From positions 349,370,001-349,434,000 of the forward strand of contig OZ024742.1 in assembly GCA_964016885.1 (NCBI GenBank): a stretch of DNA of 64,000 nt, in the 5' to 3' direction. Under the pieces are notes generated by a model, which searched no databases, was not told where the DNA came from, and was given only the letters and a program-made list of their open reading frames with translations. This DNA is from Eledone cirrhosa (lineage: Eukaryota). Below, piece after piece: positions 29,817 through 44,299 of the stretch. The position numbers were made by a program, and so were the translations under genes. How positions within the stretch are numbered: position 1 is the stretch's first letter; every line of letters starts with the position of its first letter.

Positions 29817-32800
29817 TGCAGTACCCTGTCTAAAACTCTATAACTCTGATAACATCGCAAAACACTGTCTAAATCTCTATAACTCTGATATCATCGCAGT
29901 AGCCTGTCTAGAACTCTATAACTCTGATATCATCGCAGTACCCTGTCTAGAACTCTATAACTCTGATATCATCGCAGAACCCTGTCTAAAACTCTCTAAC
30001 TCTGATATCATTGCAGTACCCTGTCTAAAATTCTATAACTCTGATATCATCGCAGAACCCTGTCTAAAACTCTCTAACTCTGATATCATTGCAGAACCCT
30101 GTCTAAAATTCTATAACTCTGATATCATCGCAGTACCCTGTCTAAAACTCTAAAACTCTGATATCATTGCAGTACCCTTTTTAAAATTCTATAACTCTGA
30201 TATCATTGCAGTACCCTGTCTAAAATTCTATAACTCTGATATCATCGCAGAACCCTGTCTAAAACTCTCTAACTCTGATATCATCGCAGTACCCTGTCTA
30301 AAACTCTATAACTCTGATATCATTGCAGTACCCTTTTTTAAAATTCTATAACTCTGATATCATCGCAGTACCCTGTCTAAAACTATATAACTCTGATATC
30401 ATTGCGGTACCCTGTCTAAAACTCTATAACTCTGATATCATCGCAGTACCCTGTTTAAATCTCTATAACTCTGATATCATCGCAGTACCCTGTCTAGAAC
30501 TCTATATCTCTGATATCATCGCAGTACCCTGTCTAAAACTCTCTAACTCTGATATCATCGCAGTACCCTGTCTAAAACTCTATAACTCTGATATCATCGC
30601 AGTACCCTGTCTAAAACTCTATAACTCTGATAACATCGCAAAACCCTGTCTAAATCTCTATAACTCTGATATCATCGCAGTAGCCTGTCTAGAACTCTAT
30701 AACTCTGATATCATCGCAGTACCCTGTCTAGAACTCTATAACTCTGATATCATCGCAGAACCCTGTCTAAACTCTCTAACTCTGATATCATTGCAGGAAC
30801 CCTGTCTAAAATTCTATAAGTCTGATATCATCGCAGAACCCTGTCTAAAACTCTCTAACTCTGATATCATTGCAGAACCCTGTCTAAAATTCTATAACTC
30901 TGATATCATCGCAGTACCCTGTCTAAAACTCTATAACTCTGATATCATCGCAGTACCCTGTTTAAATCTCTATAACTCTGATATCATCGCAGTACCCTGT
31001 CTAGAACTCTATAACTCTGATATCATCGCAGTACCCTGTCTAAAACTCTATAACTCCGATATCATCGCAGTACCCTGTCTAAAACTCTATAACTCTGATA
31101 TCATCGCAGTACCTGTCTACAACTCCATAACTCTGATATCATCGCAGTACCCTGTCTAAAACTCTATAACTCTGATATCATCGCAGTACCTGTTTAAAAC
31201 TCTATAACTCTGATATCATTGCAGTACCCTGTGTAAAACTCTCTAACTCTGATATCATCGCAGTACCCTGTCTAAAACTCTATTATTCTGATATCATTGC
31301 AGTACCCTGTCTAAAACTCTATAACTCTGATAACATCGCAAAACCCTGTCTAAATCTCTATAACTCTGATATCATCGCAGTACCCTGTCTAAAACTCTAT
31401 ATCTCTGATATAATTGCAGTACCCTGTCTAAAACTCTATAACTCTGATATCATCGCAGTACCTGTCTAAAACTCTATAACTCTGATATCATCGCAGTACC
31501 CTGTCTAAAACTCTATAACTCCGATATCATCGCAGAACCCTGTCTAAAACTCTATAACTCTGATATAATTGCAGTACCCTGTCTAAAATTCTATAACTCT
31601 GATATCATCGCAGTACCCTGTCTAGAACTCTATATCTCTGATATCATCGCAGTACCCTGTCTAAAACTCTATAACTCTGATATCATCGCAGTACCCTGTC
31701 TAAAACTCTATAACTCCGATATCATCGCAGAACTCTGTCTAAAACTCTATAACTCTGATATCATTGCATTACCCTGTCTAAAACTCTATAACTCTGATAT
31801 CATCGCAGTACCCTGTCTAAAACTCTATAACTCCGATATCATCGCAGAACCCTGTCTGAAACTCTATAACTCTGAAATCATTGCAGTACCCTGTCTAAAT
31901 CTCTATAACTCTGATATCATCGCAGTAGCCTGTCTAGAACTCTATAACTCTGATATCATCGCAGTAGCCTGTCTAGAACTCTATAACTCTGATATCATCG
32001 CAGAACCCTGTCTAAAACTCTCTAACTCTGATATCATTGCAGTACCCTGTCTAAAATTCTATAACTCTGATATCATCGCAGAACCCTGTCTAAAACTCTG
32101 TAACTCTGATATCATTGCAGAACCCTGTCTAAAATTATATAACTCTGATATCATTGCGGTACCCTGTCTATAACTCTATAACTCTGATATCATCGCAGTA
32201 CCCTGTTTAAATCTCTATAACTCTGATATCATCGCAGTACCCTGTCTAGAACTCTATAACTCTGATATCATCGCAGTACCCTGTCTAAAACTCTATAACT
32301 CTGATATCATCGCAGTACCGGTCTACAACTCTATAACTCTGATATTATTGCAGTACCCTGTCTAAAACTCTATAACTCTGATATCATCGCAGTACCCTGT
32401 CTAGAACTCTATAACTCTGATATCATCGCAGTACCCTGTCTAAAACTCTATAACTCCGATATCATCGCAGTACCCTGTCTAAAACTCTATAACTCCGATA
32501 TCATCGCAGAACCCTGTCTAAAACTCTATAACTCTGATATCATTGCATTACCCTGTTTAAAACTCTATAACTCTGATATCATCGCAGTACCCTGTCTAAA
32601 ACTCTATAACTCCGATATCATCGCAGAACCCTGTCTAAAACTCTATAACTCTGATATCATTGCAGTACCCTGTCTAAAACTCTATAACTCTGATATCATC
32701 GCAGTACCCTGTCTAAAACTCTATAACTCTGATATCATTGCAGTACCCTGTCTAAAACTCTATAACTCTGATAACATCGCAAAACACTGTCTAAATCTCT

Positions 32801-35380
32801 ATAACTCTGATATCATCGCAGTAGCCTGTCTAGAACTCTATAACTCTGATATCATCGCAGTACCCTGTCTAGAACTCTATAACTCTGATATCATCGCAGA
32901 ACCCTGTCTAAAACTCTCTAACTCTGATATCATTGCAGTACCCTGTCTAAAATTCTATAACTCTGATATCATCGCAGAACCCTGTCTAAAACTCTCTAAC
33001 TCTGATATCATTGCAGAACCCTGTCTAAAATTCTATAACTCTGATATCATCGCAGTACCCTGTCTAAAACTCTAAAACTCTGATATCATTGCAGTACCCT
33101 TTTTAAAATTCTATAACTCTGATATCATTGCAGTACCCTGTCTAAAATTCTATAACTCTGATATCATCGCAGAACCCTGTCTAAAACTCTCTAACTCTGA
33201 TATCATCGCAGTACCCTGTCTAAAACTCTATAACTCTGATATCATTGCAGTACCCTTTTTTAAAATTCTATAACTCTGATATCATCGCAGTACCCTGTCT
33301 AAAACTATATAACTCTGATATCATTGCGGTACCCTGTCTAAAACTCTATAACTCTGATATCATCGCAGTACCCTGTTTAAATCTCTATAACTCTGATATC
33401 ATCGCAGTACCCTGTCTAGAACTCTATATCTCTGATATCATCGCAGTACCCTGTCTAAAACTCTATAACTCTGATATCATTGCAGTATCCTGTCTAAAAC
33501 TCTCTAACTCTGATATCATCGCAGTACCCTGTCTAGAACTCTATAACTCTGATATCATCGCAGTACCCTGTCTAGAACTCTATAACTCTGATATCATCGC
33601 AGAACCCTGTCTAAACTCTCTAACTCTGATATCATTGCAGGAACCCTGTCTAAAATTCTATAAGTCTGATATCATCGCAGAACCCTGTCTAAAACTCTCT
33701 AACTCTGATATCATTGCAGAACCCTGTCTAAAATTCTATAACTCTGATATCATCGCAGTACCCTGTCTAAAACTATATAACTCTGATATCATTGCGGTAA
33801 ACTGTCTAAAACTCTATAACTCTGATATCATCGCAGTACCCTGTCTAAAACTATATAACTCTGATATCATTGCGGTACCCTGTCTAAAACTCTATAACTC
33901 TGATATCATCGCAGTACCCTGTTTAAATCTCTATAACTCTGATATCATCGCAGTACCCTGTCTAGAACTCTATAACTCTGATATCATCGCAGTACCCTGT
34001 CTAAAACTCTATAACTCCGATATCATCGCAGTACCCTGTCTAAAACTCTATAACTCTGATATCATCGCAGTACCTGTCTACAACTCCATAACTCTGATAT
34101 CATCGCAGTACCCTGTCTAAAACTCTATAACTCTGATATCATCGCAGTACCTGTTTAAAACTCTATAACTCTGATATCATTGCAGTACACTGTCTAAAAC
34201 TCTCTAACTCTGATATCATCGCAGTACCCTGTCTTAAACTCTATTATTCTGATATCATTGCAGTACCCTGTCTAAAACTCTCTAACTCTGATATCATCGC
34301 AGTACCCTGTCTAAAACTCTATATCTCTGATATAATTGCAGTACCCTGTCTAAAACTCTATAACTCTGATATCATCGCAGTACCTGTCTAAAACTCTATA
34401 ACTCTGATATCATCGCAGTACCCTGTCTAAAACTCTATAACTCCGATATCATCGCAGAACCCTGTCTAAAACTCTATAACTCTGATATAATTGCAGTACC
34501 CTGTCTAAAATTCTATAACTCTGATATCATCGCAGTACCCTGTCTAGAACTCTATATCTCTGATATCATCGCAGTACCCTGTCTAAAACTCTATAACTCT
34601 GATATCATCGCAGTACCCTGTCTAAAACTCTATAACTCCGATATCATCGCAGAACCCTGTCTAAAACTCTATAACTCTGATATCATTGCATTACCCTGTC
34701 TAAAACTCTATAACTCTGATATCATCGCAGTACCCTGTCTAAAACTCTATAACTCCGATATCATCGCAGAACCCTGTCTGAAACTCTATAACTCTGAAAT
34801 CATTGCAGTACCCTGTCTAAATCTCTATAACTCTGATATCATCGCAGTAGCCTGTCTAGAACTCTATAACTCTGATATCATCGCAGAACCCTGTCTAAAA
34901 CTCTCTAACTCTGATATCATTGCAGTACCCTGTCTAAAATTCTATAACTCTGATATCATCGCAGAACCCTGTCTAAAACTCTGTAACTCTGATATCATTG
35001 CAGAACCCTGTCTAAAATTATATAACTCTGATATCATTGCGGTACCCTGTCTATAACTCTATAACTCTGATATCATCGCAGTACCCTGTTTAAATCTCTA
35101 TAACTCTGATATCATCGCAGTACCCTGTCTAGAACTCTATAACTCTGATATCATCGCAGTACACTGTCTAAAACTCTATAACTCTGATATCATCGCAGTA
35201 CCGGTCTACAACTCTATAACTCTGATATTATTGCAGTACCCTGTCTAAAACTCTATAACTCTGATATCATCGCAGTACCCTGTCTAGAACTCTATAACTC
35301 TGATATCATCGCAGTACCCTGTCTAAAACTCTATAACTCCGATATCATCGCAGTACCCTGTCTAAAACTCTATAACTCCG
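29600..35380 (+). repeat. ~75-monomer (~2.9 kb) tandem duplication, related to the 3.1-3.2 kb HOR
   Basis: ORF starts at 30323 and 33245 and the TCTGAAAC marker at ~31855 and ~34777 both give offset 2922. CCGGTC lies at ~32318 and ~35201, one monomer shorter. Confidence 0.75.
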
Positions 35381-36780
35381 ATATCATCACAGAACCCTGT
35401 CTAAAACTCTATAACTCTGATATTATTGCAGTACCCTGTCTAAAACTCTATAACTCTGATATCATCGCAGTACCCTGTCTAGAACTCTATAACTCTGATA
35501 TCATCGCAGAACCCTGTCTAAAACTCTATAATTCTGATATCATCGCAGTACCCTGTTTAAATCTCTATAACTCTGATATCATCGCAGTACCCTGTCTAGA
35601 ACTCTATAACTCTGGTATCATCGCAGTACCCTGTCTAAAACTCTACAACTCTGATATCATCGCAGTACCTGTCTACAACTCTATAACTCCGATATCATCG
35701 CAGAACCCTGTCTAAAACTCTATAACTCTGATATCATTGCATTACCCTGTCTAAAACTCTATAACTCTAATATCATCGCAGTACCCTGTCTAAAACTCTA
35801 TAACTCCGATATCATCGCAGAACCCTGTCTGAAACTCTATAACTCTGAAATCATTGCAGTACCCTGTCTAAATCTCTATAACTCTGATATCATCGCAGTA
35901 GCCTGTCTAGAACTCTATAACTCTGATATCATCGCAGTAGCCTGTCTAGAACTCTATAACTCTGATATCATCGCAGAACCCTGTCTAAAACTCTCTAACT
36001 CTGATATCATTGCAGTACCCTGTCTAAAATTCTATAACTCTGATATCATCGCAGAACCCTGTCTAAAACTCTGTAACTCTGATATCATTGAAGAACCCTG
36101 TCTAAAATTATATAACTCTGATATCATTGCGGTACCCTGTCTATAACTCTATAACTCTGATATCATCGCAGTACCCTGTTTAAATCTCTATAACTCTGAT
36201 ATCATCGCAGTACCCTGTCTAGAACTCTATAACTCTGATATCATCGCAGTACCCTGTCTAAAACTCTATAACTCTGATATCATCGCAGTACCGGTCTACA
36301 ACTCTATAACTCTGATATTATTGCAGTACCCTGTCTAAAACTCTATAACTCTGATATCATCGCAGTACCCTGTCTAGAACTCTATAACTCTGATATCATC
36401 GCAGTACCCTGTCTAAAACTCTATAACTCCGATATCATCGCAGTACCCTGTCTAAAACTCTATAACTCCGATATCATCACAGAACCCTGTCTAAAACTCT
36501 ATAACTCTGATATTATTGCAGTACCCTGTCTAAAACTCTATAACTCTGATATCATCGCAGTACCCTGTCTAGAACTCTATAACTCTGATATCATCGCAGA
36601 ACCCTGTCTAAAACTCTATAATTCTGATATCATCGCAGTACCCTGTTTAAATCTCTATAACTCTGATATCATCGCAGTACCCTGTCTAGAACTCTATAAC
36701 TCTGGTATCATCGCAGTACCCTGTCTAAAACTCTACAACTCTGATATCATCGCAGTACCTGTCTACAACTCTATAACTCT
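34640..36780 (+). repeat. 27-28-monomer (~1.05-1.09 kb) tandem duplication
   Basis: TCTGAAAC ~34777/~35828 (offset 1051); CCGGTC 35201/36291 and ATCACAG ~35386/~36476 (offset 1090). Confidence 0.8.
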
Positions 36781-39700
36781 GATATCATCGCAGTACCCTA
36801 TCTAGAACTCTATAACACTGATATCATCGCAGTACCCTGTCTAAAACTCTATTACTCTGATATCATCGCAGTACCCTGTCTAGAACTCTATAACTCTGAT
36901 ATCATTGCAGTACCTTGTCTAAAATTCTATAACTCTGATATCATCGCAGTACCCTGTCTAAAACTCCATAACTCTGATATCATCGCAGTACCCTGTCTAA
37001 AACTCTATATCTCTGATATAATTGCAGTACCCTGTCTAAAACTCTATAACTCTGATATCATCGCAGTACCTGTCTAAAACTCTATAACTCTGATATCATC
37101 GCAGTACCCTGTCTAGAACTCTATATCTCTGATATCATCGCAGTACCCTGTCTAAAACACTATAACTCTGATATCATCGCAGTACCCTGTCTAAAACTCT
37201 ATAACTCCGATATCATCGCAGATCCCTGTCTAAAACTCTATAACTCTGATATCATTGCAGTACCCTTTTTAAAATGCTATAACTCTGATATCATCGCAGT
37301 ACCCTGTCTAAAACTCCATAACTCTGATATCATCGCAGTACCCTGTCTAAAACTCTATATCTCTGATATAATTGCAGTACCCTGTCTAAAACTCTATAAC
37401 TCTGATATCATCGCAGTACCTGTCTAAAATTCTATAACTCTGATATCATCGCAGTACCCTGTCTAAAACTCTATAACTCCGATATCATCGCAGAACCCTG
37501 TCTAAAACTCTATAACTCTGATATCATCGCAGTACCCTGTCTAGAACTCTATATCTCTGATAACATCGCAGTACCCTGTCTAAAACTCTATAACTCTGAT
37601 ATCATCGCAGTACCCTGTCTAAAACTCTATAACTCCGATATCATCGCAGAGCCCTGTCTAAAACTCTATAACTCTGATATCATTGCATTAACCTGTCTAA
37701 AATTCTATAACTCTGATATCATCGCAGTACCCTGTCTAAAACTCTATAACTCCGATATCATCGCAGAACCCTGTCTAAAACTCTATAACTCTGATATCAT
37801 TGCAGTACCCTGTCTAAAACTCTATAACTCTGATATCATCGCAGTACCCTGTCTAAAACTCTATAACTCTGATATCATCGCAGAACCCTGTCTAAAACTC
37901 TCTAACTCTGATATCATTGCAGTACCCTGTCTAAAATTCTATAACTCTGATATCATCGCAGAACCCTGTCTAAAACTCTCTAACTCTGATATCATTGCAG
38001 AACCCTGTCTAAAATTCTATAACTCTGATATCATCGCAGTACCCTGTCTAAAACTCTATAACTCTGATATCATTGCAGTACCCTTTTTAAAATTCTATAA
38101 CTCTGATATTATGGCAGTACCCTGTCTAAAACTATATAACTCTGATATCATTGCGGTACCCTGTCTAAAACTCTATAACTCTGATATCATCGCAGTACCC
38201 TGTTTAAATCTCTATAACTCTGATATCATCGCAGTACCCTGTCTAGAACTCTATAACTCTGATATCATCGCAGTACCCTGTCTAAAACTCTATAACTCCG
38301 ATATCATCGCAGTACCCTGTCTAAAACTCTATAACTCTGATATCATCGCAGTACCTGTCTACAACTCCATAACTCTGATATCATCGCAGTACCCTGTCTA
38401 AAACTCTATAACTCTGATATCATCGCAGTACCTGTCTAAAACTCTATAACTCTGATATCATTGCAGTACCCTGTCTAAAACTCTCTAACTCTGATATCAT
38501 CGCAGTACCCTGTCTAAAACTCTATTATTCTGATATCATTGCAGTACCCTGTCTAAAACTCTATAACTCTGATAACATCGCAAAACCCTGTCTAAATCTC
38601 TATAACTCTGATATCATCGCAGTACCCTGTCTAGAACTCTATAACTCTGATATCATCGCAGTACCCTGTTTAAATCTCTATAACTCTGATATCATCGCAG
38701 TACCCTGTCTAGAACTCTATAACTCTGATATCATCGCAGTACCCTGTCTAAAACTCTATAACTCCGATATCATCGCAGTACCCTGTCTAAAACTCTATAA
38801 CTCCGATATCATCACAGAACCCTGTCTAAAACTCATTAACTCTGATATCATTGCAGAACCCTGTCTAAAATTCTATAACTCTGATATCATCGCAGTACCC
38901 TGTCTAAAACTCTATAACTCTGATATCATTGCAGTACCCAGTCTAAAATTCTATAACTCTGATATCATCGCAGTACCCTGTCTAAAACTATATATCTCTG
39001 ATATCATTGCGGTACCCTGTCTAAAACTCTATAATTCTGATATCATCGCAGTACCCTGTTTAAATCTCTATAACTCTGATATCATCGCAGTACCCTGTCT
39101 AGAACTCTATAACTCTGGTATCATCGCAGTACCCTGTCTAAAACTCTATAACTCTGATATCATCGCAGTACCTGTCTACAACTCTATAACTCTGATATCA
39201 TCGCAGTACCCTATCTAGAACTCTATAACACTGATATCATCGCAGTACCCTGTCTAAAACTCTATAACTCTAATATCATCGCAGTACCCTGTCTAGAACT
39301 CTATAACTCTGATATCATTGCAGTACCCTGTCTAAAATTCTATAACTCTGATATCATCGCAGTACCCTGTCTAAAACTCCATAACTCTGATATCATCGCA
39401 GTACCCTGTCTAAAACTCTATATCTCTGATATAATTGTAGTACCCTGTCTAAAACTCTATAACTCTGATATCATCGCAGTACCTGTCTAAAACTCTATAA
39501 CTCTGATATCATCGCAGTACCCTGTCTAAAACTCTATAACTCCGATATCATCGCAGAACCCTGTCTAAAACTCTATAACTCTGATATCATTGCAGTACCC
39601 TGTCTAAAATTCTATAACTCTGATATCATCGCAGTACCCTGTCTAGAACTCTATATCTCTGATATCATCGCAGTACCCTGTCTAAAACTCTATAACTCTG

Positions 39701-42700
39701 ATATCATCGCAGTACCCTGTCTACAACTCTAGAACTCCGATATCATCGCAGAACCCTGTCTAAAACTCTATAACTCTGATATCATTGCATTACCCTGTCT
39801 AAAACTCTATAACTCTGCTTTCATCGCAGTACCCTGTCTAAAACTATATAACTCCGATATCATCGCAGAACCCTGTCTAAAACTCTATAACTCTGATATC
39901 ATTGCAGTACCCTGTCTAAAATTCTATAACTCTGATATCATCGCAGAACCCTGTCTAAAACTCTCTAACTCTGATATCATTGCAGAACCCTGTCTAAAAT
40001 TCTATAACTCTGATATCATCGCAGTACCCTGTCTAAAACTCTCTAACTCTGATATCATTGCAGTACCCTGTCTAAAATTCTATAACTCTGATATCATCGC
40101 AGAACCCTGTCTAAAACTCTCTAACTCTGATATCATTGCAGAACCCTGTCTAAAATTCTATAACTCTGATATCATTGCAGTATCCTGTCTAAAACTCTCT
40201 AACTCTGATATCATCGCAGTACCCTGTCTAAAACTCTATAACTCTGATATCATCGCAGTACCCTGTCGAAAACTCTATAAATCTGATAACATCGCAAAAC
40301 CCTGTCTAAATCTCTATAACTCTGATATCATCGCAGTAGCCTGTCTAGAACTCTATAACTCTGATATCATCGCAGTACCCTGTCTAGAACTCTATAACTC
40401 TGATATCATCGCAGAACCCTGTCTAAAACTCTCTAACTCTGATATCATTGCAGTACCCTGTCTAAAATTCTATAACTCTGATATCATGGCAGAACCCTGT
40501 CTAAAACTCTCTAACTCTGATATCATTGCAGAACCCTGTCTAAAATTCTATAACTCTGATATCATCGCAGTACCCTGTCTAAAACTCTATAACTCTGATA
40601 CCATTGCAGAACCCTTTTTAAAATTCTATAACTCTGATATCATCGCAGTACCCTGTCTAAAACTATATAACTCTGATATCATTGCGGTACCCTGTCTAAA
40701 ACTCTATAACTCTGATATCATCGCAGTACCCTGTTTAAATCTCTATAACTCTGATATCATCGCAGTACCCTGTCTAGAACTCTATAAATCTGATATCATC
40801 GCAGTACCCTGTCTAAAACTCTATAACTCCGATATCATCGCAGTACCCTGTCTAAAACTCTATAACTCTGATATCATCGCAGTACCTGTCTACAACTCCA
40901 TAACTCTGATATCATCGCAGTACCCTGTCTAAAACTCTATAACTCTGATATCATCGCAGTACCTGTCTAAAACTCTATAACTCTGATATCATTGCAGTAC
41001 CCTGTCTAAAACTCTCTAACTCTGATATCATCGCAGTACCTTGTCTAAAACTCTTTTATTCTGATATCATTGCAGTACCCTGTCTAAAACTCTATAACTC
41101 TGATAACATCGCAAAACCCTGTCTAAATCTCTATAAGTCTGATATCATCGCAGTACCCTGTCTAGAACTCTATAACTCTGATATCATCGCAGAACCCTGT
41201 CTAAAACTCTCTAACTCTGATATCATTGCAGTACCCTGTCTAAAATTCTATAACTCTGATATCATCGCAGTACCCTGTCTAAAACTCTATAACTCTGATA
41301 TCATTGCAGTACCCAGTCTAAAATTCTATAACTCTGATATCATCGCAGTACCCTGTCTAAAACTCTATAACTCTGATATCATCGCACTACCCTGTTTAAA
41401 TCTCTATAACTCTGATATCATCGCAGTACCCTATCTAGAACTCTATAACTCTGGTATCATCGCAGTACCCTGTCGAAAACTCTATAACTCTGATGTCATC
41501 GCAGTACCTGTCTACAACTCTATAACTCTGATAACATCGCAGTACCCTATCTAGAACTCTATAACACTGATATCATCGCAGTACCCTGTCTAAAACTCTA
41601 TAACTCTGATATCATCGCAGTACCCTGTCTAGAACTCTATAACTCTGATATCATTGCAGTACCCTGTCTAAAATTCTATAACTCTGATATCATCGCAGTA
41701 CCCTGTCTAAAACTCCATAACTCTGATATCATCGCAGTACCCTGTCTAAAACTCTATATCTCTGATATAATTGCAGTACCCTGTCTAAAACTCTATAACT
41801 CTGATATCATCGCAGTACCTGTCTAAAACTCTATAACTCTGATATCATCGCAGTACCCTGTCTAAAACTCTATAACTCCGATATCATCGCAGAACCCTGT
41901 CTAAAACTCTATAACTCTGATATCATTGCAGTACCCTGTCTAAAATTCTATAACTGTGATATCATCGCAGTACCCTGTCTAGAACTCTATATCTCTGATA
42001 TCATCGCAGTACCCTGTCTAAAACTCTATAACTCTGATATCATCGCAGTACCCTGTCTACAACTCTAGAACTCCGATATCATCGCAGAACCCTGTCTAAA
42101 ACTCTATAACTCTGATATCATTGCATTACCCTGTCTAAAACTCTATTACTCTGCTATCATCGCAGTACCCTGTCTAAAACTCTATAACTCCGATATCATC
42201 GCAGAACCCTGTCTAAAACTCTATAACTCTGATATCATTGCAGTACCCTGTCTAAAACTCGCTAACTCTGATATCATCGCAGTACCCTGTCTAAAACTCT
42301 ATAACTCTGATATCATTGCAGTACCCTGTCTAAAACTCTATAACTCTGATAACATCGCAAAACCCTGTCTAAATCTCTATAACTCTGACATCATCGCAGT
42401 AGCCTGTCTAGAACTCTATAACTCTGATATCATCGCAGTACCCTGTCTAGAACTCTATAACTCTGATATCATCGCAGAACCCTGTCTAAAACTCTCTAAC
42501 TCTGATATCATTGCAGTACCCTGTCTAAAATTCTATAACTCTGATATCATAGCAGAACCCTGTCTAAAACTCTCTAACTCTGATATCATTGCAGAACCCT
42601 GTCTAAAATTCTATAACTCTGATATCATCGCAGTACCCTGTCTAAAACTCTATAACTCTGATATCATTGCAGTACCCTTTTTAAAATTCTATAACTCTGA

Positions 42701-44299
42701 TATCATTGCGGTACCCTGTCTAAAACTCTATAACTCTGATATCATCGCAGTACCCTGTTTAAATCTCTATAACTCTGATATCATCGCAGTACCCTGTCTA
42801 GAACTCTATAACACTGATATCATCGCAGTACCCTGTCTAAAACTCTATAACTCCGATATCATCGCAGTACCCTGTCTAAAACTCTATAACTCTGATATCA
42901 TCGCAGTACCTGTCTACAACTCCATAACTCTGATATCATCGCAGTACCCTGTCTAAAACTCTATAACTCTGATATCATCGCAGTACCTGTCTAAAACTCT
43001 ATAACTCTGATATCATTGCAGTACCCTGTCTAAAACTCTCTAACTCTGATATCATCGCAGTACCATGTCTAAAACTCTATAATTCTGATATCATTGCAGT
43101 ACCCTGTCTAAAACTCTATAACTCTGATAACATCGCAAAACCCTGTCTAAATCTCTATAACTCTGATGTCATCGCAGTACCCTGTCTAGAACTCTATAAC
43201 TCTGATATCATCGCAGAACCCTGTCTAAAACTCTCTAACTCTGATATCATTGCAGTACCCTGTCTAAAATTCTATAACTGTGATATCATCACAGAACCCT
43301 GTCTAAAACTCTATAACTCTGATATCATAGCAGAACCCTGTCTAAAATTCTATAACTCTGATATCATCGCAGTACCCTGTCTAAAACTCTATAACTCTGA
43401 TATCATTGCAGTACCCAGTCTAAAATTCTATAACTCTGATATCATCGCAGTACCCTGTCTAAAACTATATATCTCTGACATCATTGCGGTACCCTGTCTA
43501 AAACTCTATAACTCTGATATCATCGCAGTACCCTGTTTAAATCTCTATAACTCTGATATCATCGCAGTACCCTGTCTAGAACTCTATAACTCTGGTATCA
43601 TCGCAGTACCCTGTCTAAAACTCTATAACTCTGATATCATCGCAGTACCTGTCTACAACTCTATAACTCTGATATCATCGCAGTACCCAATCTAGAACTC
43701 TATAACACTGATATCATCGCAGTACCCTGTCTAAAACTCTATAACTCTGATATCATCGCAGTACCCTGTCTAGAACTCTATAACTCTGATATCATTGCAG
43801 TACCCTGTCTAAAATTCTATAACTCTGATATCATCGCAGTACCCTGTCTAAAACTCCATAACTCTGATATCATCGCAGTACCCTGTCTAAAACTCTATAT
43901 CTCTGATATAATTGCAGTACCCTGTCTAAAACTCTATAACTCTGATATCATCGCAGTACCTCTCTAAAACTCTATAACTCTGATATCATCGCAGTACCCT
44001 GTCTAAAACTCTATAACTCCGATATCATCGCAGAACACTGTCTAAAACTCTATAACTCTGATATCATTGCAGTACCCTGTCTAAAATTCTATAACTCTGA
44101 TATCATCGCAGTACCCTGTCTAGAACTCTATATCTCTGATATCATCGCAGTACCCTGTCTAAAACTCTATAACTCTGATATCATCGCAGTACCCTGTCTA
44201 AAACTCTATAACTCCGATATCATCCCAGAACCCTGTCTAAAACTCTATAACTCTGATATCATTGCATTACCCTGTCTAAAACTCTATAACTCTGATATC

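Noticed and set aside
11-40932. The 15 ORFs in the supplied track (96-304 aa) as protein-coding genes
   Set aside because: They are translations of the satellite. Starts are chance TTG or ATG codons created by variants or indels, and ends come from 38-bp monomers or point stops. There is no unique N- or C-terminal domain, promoter or RBS, and the frame is broken repeatedly (e.g. CTA-TAA ~24681, CTC-TAA ~15838, CTC-TAG ~16463).
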